Shown here: positions 12,760 through 26,040 of the stretch, one piece after another
Position numbering within the stretch: the first letter of the stretch is position 1
Layout of the letters: each line of letters opens with the position of its first letter
Origin: Stegostoma tigrinum
Taxonomy: Eukaryota
Direction of reading: 5' to 3'
DNA: 64,000 bases
NCBI RefSeq assembly: GCF_030684315.1
Contig: NC_081366.1
Span: 18,605,410 to 18,669,409, forward strand
Position numbers and translations under genes: made by a program
The notes under the pieces: generated by a model
The model's database searches: none
What the model was told of the DNA's origin: nothing
Seen by the model: the letters and a program-made list of their open reading frames with translations, nothing else

Positions 12760-14439
12760 TCATGTGAGTTGCTTTTCTCTTCTGTGTTGAAATGGAATTT
12801 TATTTCCTGTCCTCTTACAATTCCATGACAAGTAACTAATTTATAAAATTTTCAAATGGGCTCTTTACCGTTCATGGGTCCCTTAGAGCTGTGAATTGAA
12901 CTGTCAAAGTGACCCAGCAGCATTTAATCACATAATCTGATGGTGTGTAACTTTGAAATGACAGACTGCAAATGTTCTTTTATGGTGAGGACTTCATAGA
13001 CCTTGTCAGAAAATGATTTTTTTAAAATTCAGATTCAGTTTCAATTAAGTTTTTTTTCTTTCTGCAGGCCTGCTGGATCTTTCAGTTCTGCCTATTAACC
13101 CTAGCTGTCTGCACCAAGATACATTTACTGCTGTCAATAGTGAAGAGGAAGCAATTGTTTTTATTTTAGCTGGTGAAGTGTAAAGGAGCATTGATGGTTA
13201 GGGTAACATCATTTACCGAATAATTTTAATTTTTGTTATCAAAGAGAAAGTTTTTTTTGGCCAACAGGAAAACATTAATGGAAAAATATGATACCTATGC
13301 TCTGCCTGTGTACAGTAAATTGACTTGAACCTTGCTGACCCAGCCATTAGATGCTGGCAGTGTTGGGAGAAGATAAATTGCAACAGCAGGAAGAATGATT
13401 TTTTAAACAATTTTTATAATTGATTAATGTTGATATTTTACAATGAATGTGGCTTATAGAACAGTGCCTTCTCTTTTTTAGTCCTTCCACAACACCAATT
13501 TCAATTAATGCAAGCAACGCTGAGTATTTCACATTGCAGTTATCATTTTACTGGAGATATTCGGTTGGGAATTGAATGAATGAATTGCTAAAGACAGCCA
13601 TCCAATTAGAAATGCTAATACGTATTTATGAAAATGTTAAGATGGTGGGATGCCAATAATACCACATCCATGTACATTATTTGAAAGAAATATATGTATT
13701 TTAAATGAATTTGTGCTTAAAAAAACTGGACACTTATCAGCCATGCAACAGAAAAGGCCTAACATGAACAATAAGCTTTGATCTGCACTTGTGTACAGAC
13801 CCTGTAATGTCCACAAACCACATCCAACTGATTTCCAATTGACCATAAGAGTGTCATTAGAAATGGAGACAAGAAAAAAAAAACCTGCACAACTCTTTTG
13901 GCAAAAACCTTGGATCAGATTATTGCTTGGCTTGAGAAATGTGAAATGTTACTTTGGTATCTAACATAATATCATCTTATTATACACGTCTGTAACCAAT
14001 CTGGCCAAACAACAAGAGACTTCAATTCAGCACTGGGGCTCATCCTTCAGTCACAACATTGTTAACCTTTTGTGTTCTTTTCCCAAACCACTCTGCCTCA
14101 CCGCTTCCCTCTTCTTTCAAAATATTAACAAAAACCTATCTCTTGAACCATTTTCCAAAAGCACTCAAATTCCTTTAATGCGTTCTGTGCTCTCCTCAGA
14201 AAGTTTCATAATGAATAAGGTCTACATTTTTATGAGTGATTTTAAATAAGTATTGTTTTTGATAAATTCTGTTGTGGTTCAAACATTGGCATTCACAACA
14301 TCTTTTATAGAAGAAGTATCAACAGCGATTTTGCAAAGGGAATGATTTGTCTTTTGTTGTCCACTTTAGTAGCAAAGAAACAGAAATGCTGATTACTATT
14401 AATAGATTGGGAAAGGGTGAAATGCAACAGGACTTGGGT

Positions 14440-15075
14440 GCTTTTGTTCACCATTGCTGAAAGTACGCGTGCAGGTACAGCAGGAGGTGAAGAGGTAGAT
14501 GGTGTGCTGACTTTCATAGCAATAGGATTCGCCTACAGAAGTAGAGATGTCTTGCTGTCATTGTACAGGGTCATAGTGAGACCACACCTTGAGTATTGTG
14601 TGCATTTTTGGTCTCCTTATCTGAGGAAGGATAGTCTGGTATGTAACAAAACTGTACCATTTTGATTCCTTGGATGACACAGCATTAATATATGAAGAAT
14701 GTCTGTTTAGTAAGGACTATATTCACTGGAGTTGAGAAGAATGAGGGGGTGATCTCATAGAAATATATAAAATTTGAACAGGAATAGACAGGGCATTGCA
14801 GGAAGGATGTTCCCTTGACTGGGGAGTCAAATACTATTGTTTAAGGATATGGGTAGGCCATTTAAGACAGATGAGGAGAAATTTCTTCAAAGAAAGTAAT
14901 TAACGCCAAAGCGTAGAATGTTTTCAAGAAGGAGAAAGATATATTTCTTCAGGCTAAAGGGATCAAATGATATGGGGAAAATGTGGGAACAAGTTACTGA
15001 ATTGGAAGATCAACTATGATCATATTGAAAGTTTCAGCAAGGTCAAAGGACTGAATAGCTTACTCCTGTTCCAAG
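14440..15075 (+). mobile_element. CR1-type LINE 3' fragment
   Basis: YRSRDVLLSLYRVIVRPHLEYCVHFWSPYLRKD, the typical CR1 ORF2 C-terminal motif, followed by a CR1-like 3' UTR. Confidence 0.85.
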
Positions 15076-15096
15076 TTTCTTTAATTCTATTGTCTC

Positions 15097-15605
15097 CGGC
15101 TTGCTACAGTGTTCCAATGAAGCCCAGTGCAAACTGGAGGAATAACACCTCATCTTCCACTTGGGGACCCTCTAGCCCTCCAGACTCAATATTGAGTTCA
15201 ATAATTTTAGGGCTTAAACTTCCCCATGTCCCAGGCTCCCACCCCGCACACCAGGCCTGGTTACCAGATAGCCTGCTACAACACACCCCCCGTTATTAGT
15301 CACTAACAGTCCCCATTAACAGCTATTCAACCTCCCAGCATGATCATTAGCAACTCCTTTGTCTCCCCAACTGTCTTTCTCTCTCTTTGGTCTCTATCCT
15401 ATCGTTTACTCCCTACCCCATCCACCTCCCTACTTTCTGCATATAAACTGACGTTTTCCCAGCCACCGTCAGATCTGAGGAAGGGTCACCGGACCCGAAA
15501 CATTAACTCTGTTTTCTCATTCGCAGATGCTGCCAGACCTTCTGAGCTTTTCCAGCAACTTTGTTTTTGTTCCTGATTTACAGCATTTGCAGTTCTTTTG
15601 GTTTT
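15097..15605 (+). mobile_element. PLE 3' fragment of a distinct family (GIY-YIG C-terminus plus pLTR)
   Basis: Reads LLQCSNEAQCKLEE*HLIFHLGTL*PSRLNIEFNNF, homologous to LLQCHNDATRRLQEQQLIFRLGTLQPNGINVDF; hammerhead core downstream. Confidence 0.85.
15471..15508 (+). ncRNA. Minimal hammerhead ribozyme motif, slightly decayed
   Basis: CTGAGGA-A-GGGTC accg GACCC-GAAA-CATT; perfect 5-bp stem II; short flanking stem I ag.t/a.ct. Confidence 0.65.
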
Positions 15606-17719
15606 TCTTTAATTCTGTGTTCTCCTTCAGCTTAGTTTTCCACACATGGTACAAAATGAACGGGAAAATGTAATCTCATCATCAAACTATTCATTACAAC
15701 TAACTAGGAAATTACAGACTGAAGGGTTTTAATAGAGAGGAACTGACAAACCATGCTAGAAAATGACAGTTTTGAAATCAACAATTCTGTGATAAATTCT
15801 GTTTTTACTATCATTTCTTACTTTAGATGCATACAATTTTCTCTTGTTTGCACTTTGACTCTAACATGCTGATGAATAATATTAAATGTATAAAAGGCAT
15901 TCAAAATAAAAATGTTTTCACACTAAATAGGTGTCTCCGGCAAAGGAGCATGGTAGTATTTTTGCAGATAAGAGCAAGATTGTTCTGAAAGTAGGGATGT
16001 GAGCAGCAGAACATATCAGGCACTGTTATGTGGTAGAACTTGCAGCAGAACAGATCAGTGAATAATTGTTGGTTACTATTAGCTATGAATAGCTTGGAAT
16101 AGAGTGTCAGTACTACAGAGCTTCAGGTTGTCAAGAGATCATTTCCAAGTATGCTGATGTACAAAAACCCATCTCCATTATCATCCCCTGCTTGCTCCAC
16201 TGCCTGTACCCATTTATGGATTGAATGTGCATTATGTGTTGTTGAAATTATATGAAATACATGGAACACTTAGGGATGTATGCCATTTTCATCCGGTTCT
16301 GTGAACTTTTGGAAGCTCATTAAAAGCACATCAGGTTTGAGAGTTTGTGAAGAAAAAGGAAAGCCTGCTGAGGAGCCAGGGACATTTCAATAGGTAAGTG
16401 TAAAATGTTTTCACACTTCCAAATGTCACTATTAGGTGTTACAATATGACATAGATGAAGCAGTGTATTAAAAATACATCATAGGGATCTGTCCATTAAG
16501 TTGACCCTTACATTTATCAGCATTGTGCAATTGTTCACATTCCTCATAGTACCAAGGTGACAAGTTCCATAATATATTTAAAAATCTTTTATTTTAGAGA
16601 AGATGTCTCTGACAGTCATGTTTTTGTGCTTTGATTAGACTGAACAGGCAGATCTAGCTAAGTCAAATAAATCCTGCTTCTGAATTGTAATAAAGTGATT
16701 TGCACCTGTGTCCCTCCCCATTTATTGATAGACATTTTGAAATATTAATGGTTATTTGCTCTCTAAGTTGAGCTGAACATTTTGTTATAACAGCAAATCA
16801 TAATGAATGTTTGGCTTAGATTCAAAAGCTTCAACTTGTTCAACAATCATTGAAACCTTTACAAGCTGAGAATAACAGAAAATGTCTTTGATAAATTTTC
16901 TTAAATGCTGCCAAAGCTAACAGGCACTTCAAGTGTGAAAAGTTTTTTTTCACTTGTGTTTTCTGGTCCTGTATCAATCATGATAAGCTTGCAGTAGAGG
17001 TTTCTTCCATAGTTAGTGGTTTAATTAGTTTTCCAAGATTGTAAATTGTTATGGTGGAACTCCAAGTTACAATGTCTTTAGTACCTGACTAGCTATGCAT
17101 TTTCTTCTTCACAGTAGCTAAAGTCTTCTTATAGTCTTTCTTTAATCAATCTTCACACTTTCTATGGTGAACTTCATCTGCTACAATCTTACCCATTTGT
17201 TTATTCTGTTGAGATCCCTTTAAAACACTCCCTTCAGAATTGCCATGTTGTCAACTGCAACTTTGAATGAACAGATCTCTTTTTTTTCGCCGGAGTTAGC
17301 GATTTTATATATCTATAATGATAAGCATATAACCTGAAACAGATCACATAGGAACACTTCCTTGTCACATCCTGCTAACAAGAACATGGTACATTACCAT
17401 GGTCCCTATTGTCTATCTGCTACCTTACCCAATACCAACAACTTTTCAAAGCTACCTCTAATTCTATGCACTTTCTTTTATTTCTGACAGTCATTAGTGT
17501 GGAATTATAACAAACCTTTTTGGAAGTTCATGCACAATCTCCGTAGCCTCAACCCTGGCAAACATTTTGATGATCTTCTCAAAGATTCAATAAGATCAGC
17601 AAAGCGAGACCTCCCATTATGTACACAGCCTAACATCAAGTAGCCTATATTTTTCCAAGTATTCAGCCACCCTTTCCCTCATAGCTTCTAATAACTACTC
17701 CACAATTGATACTAGTAGA

Positions 17720-17815
17720 AAGTAAAACAGAAATTTGTGAATATAGGCCATTCGAAGTCAGCTTCTGTAAAGAAAAAAGATTTAATGTTTGAGGATAAAG
17801 CCTTCTTTCAGAACT
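17720..17815 (-). mobile_element. Old PLE pLTR remnant
   Basis: Minus strand agttctgaaagaaggc...tcaaacattaaatct...ttctgtttt resembles 15471-15570. Confidence 0.4.
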
Positions 17816-18696
17816 CAAGGAAATAAAACAGACATTTTATTTGTGAAAAAAAGCAGAGAAAAGAATGGCCCATTGAGATTGGAGTATTTGTTATCTTTCT
17901 GCTTCCAATCCTTTTACTTTTTCAAACTGAAAATATGGAACTGGCAAAATACTTAGCATGTTAATTCATTGAAAGAAAAGATGCCTGGTGGTTAGTGTTA
18001 AGGACATTAAAACTCATTCAATCACATTTCTTAGTGTTTTTATTTCATTGTCAATTGCCTTAGTAAGAAGTTTGAAATGAACGCCACAGCTGATATATTA
18101 AATGTTTGCATCAGGTCTGTTAGACAAAAGTATATAATACCTCTGTTTTGGGCATAGCATATATCAATGACAAATTTAAATTGATTTATTCATCAACATT
18201 GCTACAAAACTGATTGATTCATGAGTCATAAGAGGCACATATACGAACTGTCAAAAATCCAATTCTATTTCAGTGAAATCACCTTTGAAATAGCCTCAAT
18301 ACTGTTTGAAATGTTTCATACATCTGATTTTCTACACTTTTTTCTGGATTGCTACAATTATGAGCTTTTCGATTAGTTGGCCCCAAAGAAAATCTTTTTT
18401 TGAAGAAATATCTTCTTTTAATTTGTTCTTGTATTCAAAATGATTTGAACAGCAATGCTAAGAACGATAAATTTCATTTTTAAAGAAAAGCATTGCAGTA
18501 TGCTTGTCTGATGATATATTTTTGGCTCTATACAATTCTACTCATAATAAATTTGATTTTAATGGTTTAGCCTGAGTAACCTAATCATTTGGCATGGTTC
18601 TCTTCATCCATTAGGTATGACCTCAAGGACGTTCCAATCGGGTTAAGAGTGGAGAGAATGGATTGACGCAATTTTGTAAACTTAAAGCAAAATCAA

Positions 18697-18783
18697 AGTC
18701 AGAAATCGCACAACACCAAGTTATAGCCCAGCAGGTTTATTTAAAAAGAAAAGCTTCCAGAGCATAGCCCCTTCATCAGGTGA
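18697..18783 (-). mobile_element. Short hammerhead-bearing pLTR fragment of another PLE family
   Basis: Minus strand cacCTGATGAAggggctatgctctGGAAgct...aataaacctgctgggctataacttggtgttgtg. Confidence 0.6.
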
Positions 18784-20274
18784 AAATTTGATCAGAAAAA
18801 TCATACACTCACTTTTGGAATTTCTGTCCTGGGCATGCGGACGCAGTAGTAGAGTGTGGCACAAACTATACTTTGGTGGAAATATGTAAATATACAATTA
18901 AAGAATGCTTGCAGTGCAAAAAAAGGAGGCCGTTAAGTATATGCTGCCTTACTGGCCGAATAATTCAGCTGACCCACTTCCCTGTCTTTTCCCAGTCACA
19001 CTGCACTTTCAAAACAAATCTACAGATGCTTATCTAATCCACTGTTAAAAGCTCCAAATGGATTAGCCGTGTATTTCAGGTGGTGCTTCCCAGATCCTAC
19101 ACACTCCACACATAGTTTTTAAAAAAAGTTTTTTCATGTCAACTTTGCATTTTTTTTTACAAATTATCTTAAACCTTTATCCTTGGGTTTTGATTCTGTC
19201 CATCAGAGGAAATGGTTTCTCTCTGTCTAAATTTGTCCAGAAACCTTATGACTTTGAAGACCAGTAACAATCCTCAGTTTTCTCTCTGTCCCTTTTCTTT
19301 TCTATTTCACTTTCTAGCTGTTGCCTTCCCATGCTCATATGTATTATGTATTATTATTTATCTGGTTTATTATTCCTATGTCTTTCAAAAACATACAGAA
19401 TGTAGAAATTAACTACCTAAGCACCCATGTAAACCCTGTTTATATTTCACTCCAGCTCAACCATTATAATTGGATTGGCAAAAAAAATGATGTTTAATTT
19501 TAAAGTCAGCCTCACAAAACCACTTTCATATTATCAATTTTTGCATTGTTTGGGCTTCTCCACTAGTTGGATTTACTGTGTGGACAGGTTGATTTATTGT
19601 ATAGACAAGTCAAGTTTATTATGTAAAATGCTTTGTTTGCATGAGTTACAATACAAGACATAGATATTCATCTTCTTTCTCTAGATACTGACAGTTTTCA
19701 GAGCATTTCTCCAAGTGATCATCCAAATGCATGGTTATATGTTACTGCCAGCTCAGATCTGCTCGCTCTGCATTTCATTCTGTAATGGCACATCAACATC
19801 TCAACACTCATGAGCTTTGGTTTACGTCTGATCTTGTGTTTAAATAAATTAAACCATTGAAATCAGCCTTACTCTAAAGAATAATCTAGCCAGCAGTATA
19901 AATTGTTTTACCTTCTCCTTGCAGTTTAAATAAAAAGACATGTTTGTGCGCAGAAATCCACTTAGAAGTTTGGAATTGAGAAGAGCTCGGTCATGCAAGA
20001 CTATGATGAACTGAGATTAGCTGAGACTTTGTCGGATTTTAAGACTTAGATATTAAAGGAGTGCCAGCTTCATGGCAAACTATTTGATAAGTCTTTTCTA
20101 TTGTTGAGTAGGAAAAGCCAGAATTTCACTTTCTTTACAATTGTCATCTTTAAATGGTGAGATAGTGGTGTGATGTGCCTAATTACTATTTTCCTCATTC
20201 ATTTACATTGTGCACAGTGTTTGTAAACACAATCAGCTCCTTTTCATGAAAGTTGTGATTCACTTAGGAAGAAT

Positions 20275-21890
20275 AGCATGATCAGACTCATCAAGGTAGT
20301 TTCACAAAAGAAAAATCCTGTTTGGTAAATTCATTAGAGATTTTTTGAGTATGTAATTAATAGGCCGGTTAAAAGGAGAACATGCTAATCTAACTGTTGG
20401 ATTTCTAAAAGACATTCAAGCAAGTTGGGGCTAATATACTTACATGAATAAAGACTTGTTTTAGATTAGATTAGATTCCTTACAGCGTGGAAACAGGCCC
20501 TTCGGCCCAACAAGTCCACACCGCCCATTGGAGCATCCCACCCAGACCCATCCCCCTATAACACACACACCCCAGAACACTACAGGCAATTTAGCTTGGC
20601 CGAGCCACCTAGCCTGCACATCTTTGGACTGTGGGAAGAAACCGGAGCACCCGGAGCAAACCCACGCAGACACGGGGAGAATGTGCAAACTCTGCACGGA
20701 CTGGAATCGAAACTGAGGCTGGAATCGAACCTGGGTCCTTGGTGCTGTGTGGCGGCGGTGCTAACCACTGAGCCACCATGCCGCCCCTAAATGTTTATGG
20801 GTAAGAAGCAGAGAGTGGGCGTAAGCAAGACATTTTCAAGTTAGTAGGTTATGACTGGTAAAGCACCATCAGGCTGGGGTCTCAGCTAATTACAATCTAC
20901 CTGAACAACGTAGATGAAGAGACAGAGAAAAAATGGTCTACCTTTGTTGTTCATGATATAAAGCTGGATGAAAAGGTAAATTGTGAGGACGATGCAAAGA
21001 TGGAGCAGAATTTCTTCTCTCAGTGGGTTGAAAATTTATGGAATTCTTTACTACAGAGGGACGTTGACGCTGGGTCGACATCAATATATTCACGGTTGAA
21101 ATAGATTTTTAATCAGTAAGGGAATCAAGAGTTATAGGGAAAAGGCTGTAGAGTTGAGTTGAAGATTATCAGATCAGCTGTGATCTCACTGAGGGAGCAG
21201 AGTAGTTGGGTTGAATTGTTTACTTCTGCCCCTACACGGCCTGATTTACAGACACAAAGGGGCTGAAAAGAAAAGAGTGGCTTAAATGAGTAAGCAACAA
21301 GATATTAGATGGAATATTGTATGGGCCAGTGTAAAGATATTAATTTTAATTGAAGGAATAGTGAAGTACAATATTTGCTAAAATATATGAAATATGTAAA
21401 TATCGCTGTAAAGAGACTATTGCTCAGACATGGAATGCAGAAAGTTAGCATGTGCATAAAACAACTAGAAAGACAATTAACATGTTGGACTTACTTGCAA
21501 CGGGATTGGCATGTAAGAATAAAGAAACCTTGCAGGAATGTTCAAATGTTCGGAATATAATGTGCAGTTTTGGCCTCCACATTTAAAGAATGATACAACT
21601 GGATTGGAGGTATTACAGAGAAGTTTACAGGGATTGATCACTGGGATGAGTGTTTTGTCCTATGATGATAGGATGAGTAAATTGGGCCAATAATCTCTGG
21701 AGTTTAGATGAACGAAACATGATCTTACTGACACATAGAAGATGTCCCTACTGGTTTGAATTTGTAGATGCCAACAGAATATTTCTGCTGGTTGCAAAAT
21801 CTAAGATTCAGAGATGTAGTATTAAGATAAGGAACAGATTATTTAGGATTGAGCTGAGAAGAATTTTTGGAATCCTTTAACACAGAATGC
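20275..21890 (+). mobile_element. Decayed CR1 RT fragments, interrupted by a SINE and another CR1 3' end
   Basis: Remnants of GF.K.KSCL.N.LEFFE and LDF.K.F (20295-20425); tgtgcagttttggcctccac (VQFW.P) at 21561. Confidence 0.65.
20461..20787 (-). mobile_element. HE1/V-SINE-like SINE, full length
   Basis: Head ggggcggcatggtggctcagtggttagc; B box ggttcgattcc; (aatct)n tail. Confidence 0.92.
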
Positions 21891-22509
21891 GCAATTAATA
21901 AATGCATCCTCTCCCTTCACTACCCATCCTTGCTATTCTGGCCAAATATTATTAGACTTGATGACCCCAGCCTTCAACCTGATGGATATACATAACTCTC
22001 AACTTGACCCAATTACTCCTGACCAACTACACCCTGACTCAACATTACTTCAGTCCCTCCTGAACCAGCCAACGCCCAATCTGAAATCCAATGCACAGAG
22101 CATGAATGCTCACCTAAAGCTTTAGGGCATAATCTCATGCCTTAATTATTAGCAGACTGATAAGCAATTTTCCCACTAAATATCTTTAAATCCTATTTCA
22201 GTCTGAGCAAAATAAATAAGCCATTCTCCAGAGTTGTTTTGGGATATCGTTCTCAGTATTGAGTGGTACTGATGTGGTGACACAGTGTTGTAGTTAAAGC
22301 AGCAAAAATTGTTTCATTTAACTGTGAACTCTGGCACATTTAAAGAGGTTTAAACATCACATATTTATTTCTGCTACCATATCTCATAACAGTAGGGTTA
22401 ACTAGAATAGCCACTGGCTGAAGAATAATGGAAGGGTTCATCTCTGGAGTAATGGGACCCGAGCTTTCAAAATGTCATCTGTTTTATTCAATGGTGCTTT
22501 CTCTTCTTT

Positions 22510-22539
22510 CCCCCGCCCCCCCCCCCCCCCCCCCACCCC
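22510..22539 (+). repeat. Poly-C tract
   Basis: Seen directly. Confidence 0.85.
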
Positions 22540-22894
22540 AGTTCAGCCAGTAATGTGATTACAGATACAGCCAAAGGATATGGCAGTGAAGACTTAGCAC
22601 CAATTTTTGGATGGTAGTTGGAGAACAGAAAGTTTAGCTAGTGTTTTTTATTACCTAAGGCAATTCGCCAAGTGATTATTATTTCTGTCCTTGAATTTGT
22701 ACAAACAAAGTAAAGCATTTAAAACAGTTCTGTAAGGGAGAAAGTTCATAAGTAAAATGATAAGAAGCTTCATCACTTGCATCAGTTCAACATTTTGAAT
22801 TTATGCAGAATAATGGCAGACATTTGTAGCAGTCGTTTTTCCCCTATAATGAATTAAGTGCAGCTATTCTTGAAATCAATACACAAAGATAAAA

Positions 22895-23990
22895 AAAAAA
22901 GCAACAGGAGTAGACCAATCATCTTCTGTAGTCAGCTGTGCTGCTCACTTGAATCATGGTTGATTTATACATCAAATCCATTTATCATTTTTAACTCTAT
23001 GTCCTTTGATATCTTCACCTCACAAAATCTACCCATCTCAATCTTGGAAGCCCAAGTAATCCCAGTATCCATAGCCTTTTTCAGGAGAGAGCTTCAGATT
23101 TCTACTATATATTTTGTGTGAAAATGTGCTTACTCGATAGTCTAGCTCCAATTAGAAGATTATGCCCCTTCAATCTCAATTTTGCTACCAGGAGAAATAG
23201 TTTCTCTGCATCTACCCTATTGAATCCTGTTAGCATTTTAAACACGTCTATCACCTTGGATACAAGGTGTTCAGGAAAGATAGTGAAAGTAAGAGAGGAG
23301 AAGGGATGGCAATTTTGATTAAGGAGAATATTACTGTGCTGAAGACAGAGTATGTCCTGGAGGGGTCAAGGACAGAATCTGTCAGGTTAGAGTTAAGAAT
23401 CAATGTAAGTGGCATTATACAACTGAGTGTTTTCTACTGAGCACTGAATAACGTGACAAATAGAGAAGAATTTGCCTGGGAATTACAGCATAGTACAAGA
23501 ACTATACTGCAATGATAATGGGGGATTAATTTGTGCTAATATAGATTGGGATAGGCATTTAAAAATGGAAAAGAGGGAAGAGAGATTCTGAACTTTGCTA
23601 AGGAGACCTTTCTTGAACAATATGGGTGGCATGGTGGCTCAGTGGTTAGCCCTGCTGCCTCACAGCTCCAGGGACCTGGGTTCAATTCCAGCCATGGGCA
23701 TCTGTCTGTGTGGAATTTGCACATTCTCCTTGTGTCTGTGTGGGTTTCCTCCAGGTTTTCCGGTTTCCTGCTGCAGTCCAAATTTGTGCAGGTTAGGTGG
23801 ATTGGCCATGCTAGATAGCCCATAGTATTTAGGGATGTGTTGATTAGGTGGGTTATAAAGGGATGGGTCAGGGTGGGATGCTCTGAGGTTTGGTGTGGAC
23901 TTGTTGGGCTGAAAGGCCAGTTTCCACACTGTAGGGATTTGATGATGAATACATGCCCAGCTCAATGAAGGAGAAGAATTTGCTGGCTCA
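22895..23990. mobile_element. Adjacent CR1 fragments: 3' end on minus (~22895-23245), endonuclease region on plus (~23255-23990)
   Basis: ataatgggggattaat (MGD.N) at 23515; ttcttgaacaatat (FL.QY) split by the SINE. Confidence 0.55.
23624..23947 (+). mobile_element. HE1/V-SINE-like SINE
   Basis: A box tggctcagtgg, B box ggttcaattcc, V-domain, tail ccacactgtagggatt. Confidence 0.92.
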
Positions 23991-24028
23991 AAGTGTGCTT
24001 AGTTGAAAGTAGTCACACCTCTGAACCA

Positions 24029-25376
24029 AGATAATAAAATGTGAGGTTGGATGAACACAGCAGGCCAAGCAGCATCTCAGGAGCACAAAAGCTGACGTTT
24101 TGGGCCTAGACCCTTCATCAGAGAGGGGGATGGGGTGAGAGTTCTGGAATAAATAGGGAGAGGGGGAGGCGGACCGAAGATGGAGAGAAAAGAAGATAGG
24201 TGGAGAGAGTATAGGTGGGGAGGTAGGGAGGGGATAGGTCAGTCCAGGGAAGATGGACAGGTCAAGGAGATAGGATGAGGTTAGTAGGTAGATGGGGGTG
24301 CGGCTTGGGGTGGGAGGAAGGGATGGGTGAGAGGAAGAACAGGTTAGGGAGGCAGAGACAGGTTGGACTGGTTTTGGGATGCAGTGGGTGGAGGGGAAGA
24401 GCTGGGCTGGTTGTGTGGTGCAGTGGGGGGAGGGGACGAACTGGGCTGGTTTAGGGATGCAGTAGGGGAAGGGGAGATTTTGAAACTGGTGAAGTCCACA
24501 TTGATACCATTAGGCTGCAGGGTTCCCAAGCGGAATATGAGTCGCTGTTCCTGCAACCTTCGGGTGGCATCATTGTGGCACTGCAGGAGGCCCATGATGG
24601 ACATGTCATCTAGAGAATGGGAGGGGGAGTGGAAATGGTTTGCGACTGGGAGGTGCAGTTGTTTGATGCGAACTGAGCAGAGGTGTCAGTTCGCAACAAA
24701 CAACTGCACCTCCCAGTCGCAAACCATTTCCACTCCCCCTCCCATTCTTTAGATGACATGTCCATCATGGGCCTCCTGCAGTGCCACAATGATGCCACCC
24801 GTAGGTTGCAGGAACAGCGACTCATATTCCGCTTGGGAACCCTGCAGCCCAATGGTATCAATGTGGACTTCACCAGTTTCAAAATCTCCCCTTCCCCAAC
24901 TGCATCCCTAAGCCAGCCCAGTTTGTCCCCTCCCCCCACTGCACCACACAACCAGCCCAGCTCTTCCCCTCCACCCACTGCATCCCAAAACCAGTCCAAT
25001 CTGTCTCTGCCTCCCTAACCTGTTCTTCCTCTCACCCATTCCTTCCTCCCACCCCAAGCCGCACCCCCATCTACCTACTAACCTCATCCCACCTCCTTGA
25101 CCTGTCCATCTTCCCTGGGCTGACCTATCCCCTCCCTACCTCCCCACCTATACTCTCTCCACCTATCTTCTTTTCTCTCCATCTTCGGTCCGCCTCCCCC
25201 TCTCTCCCTATTTATTCCAGAACCCTCACCCCATCCCCCTCTCGGATGAAGGGTCTAGGCCTGAAACGTCAGCTTTTGTGCTCCTGAGATGCTGCTGGGC
25301 CTGCTGTGTTCATCCAGCCTCACACTTTATTATCTTCGATTCTCCAGCATCTGCAGTTCCTATTATCTCTGATAGT
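24029..25376. mobile_element. 1.35-kb fold-back PLE insertion (two inverted EN C-terminus plus pLTR arms) with 14-bp TSD
   Basis: Arms 24029-24676 and 24686-~25335 are near-perfect inverted copies around a 9-nt spacer; acacctctgaacca at 24015-24028 and 25377-25390. Confidence 0.95.
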
Positions 25377-25674
25377 ACACCTCTGAACCACATGGTCCCA
25401 GGTTCAAATTACACTTGGGGACAAAGGCAAAGCCTTTTGGGTGTCATTCTACAGCAGAGAAACTTAGCAACAGTGACATCACAGAAAAGTCAGGGCTTGC
25501 TGGTAGGGACTGCAAATTACTCCATTTTAAATTAGCCCAGGGAAAGTAAGATCTTAAAGAAACAGGAGAGGAATCTGATTTGTGGCAATGGCGAGGAATT
25601 TCTACTAATTGTCAGTTGACAGTAAACCATGCAAAGTTTAGGTTAATGTCAGTTAAATGTAAGCTTACGTTATG

Positions 25675-25900
25675 GCAGGGAGTTCAGCCAAACAAAGTGT
25701 CCTTCTTGTGACATATGTGCAGTCATGTACACGTCATGTGAACTCAATAAGCCCATGTGCAGAAAGTATCACCAGCTGCAGATGCTTGAATTCTGCGATT
25801 CAGAGTTGAAGCTGAAGTCAGCGAGGTGCACCTGTGTGGATAGCATGTTTGAAGAGATTGTCACACTACAAGCTCGGGACATGCAGGCAGATGGGGAAAT
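25675..25900 (+). mobile_element. CR1 ORF1 N-terminal remnant
   Basis: C.SC...CRKY.QLQML-like translation typical of CR1 ORF1. Confidence 0.45.
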
Positions 25901-25947
25901 GGGCAACTAGCAAGCAGCTTAAGCAAAACAGACAGGCAATACAGTAG

Positions 25948-26040
25948 ATAGTGATAATGGGAACTGCAGATGCTGGAGAATCCAAAATAATAAAATGTGA
26001 GGCTGGATGAACACAGCAGGCCCAGCAGCATCTCAGGAGC
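25948..26040 (-). mobile_element. Solo PLE pLTR 3'-end insertion (long-end type) with 7-bp TSD
   Basis: Matches the reverse complement of 60519-60612; acagtag at 25941-25947 and 26041-26047. Confidence 0.9.

Noticed and set aside
13068-13170. Strong acceptor (tttctttctgcag) suggesting an exon
   Set aside because: No clear donor or recognisable coding sequence follows
23624-23700. tRNA genes (also 20715-20787, 44935-45007, 55430-55519)
   Set aside because: These are tRNA-derived heads continuous with SINE or LINE bodies
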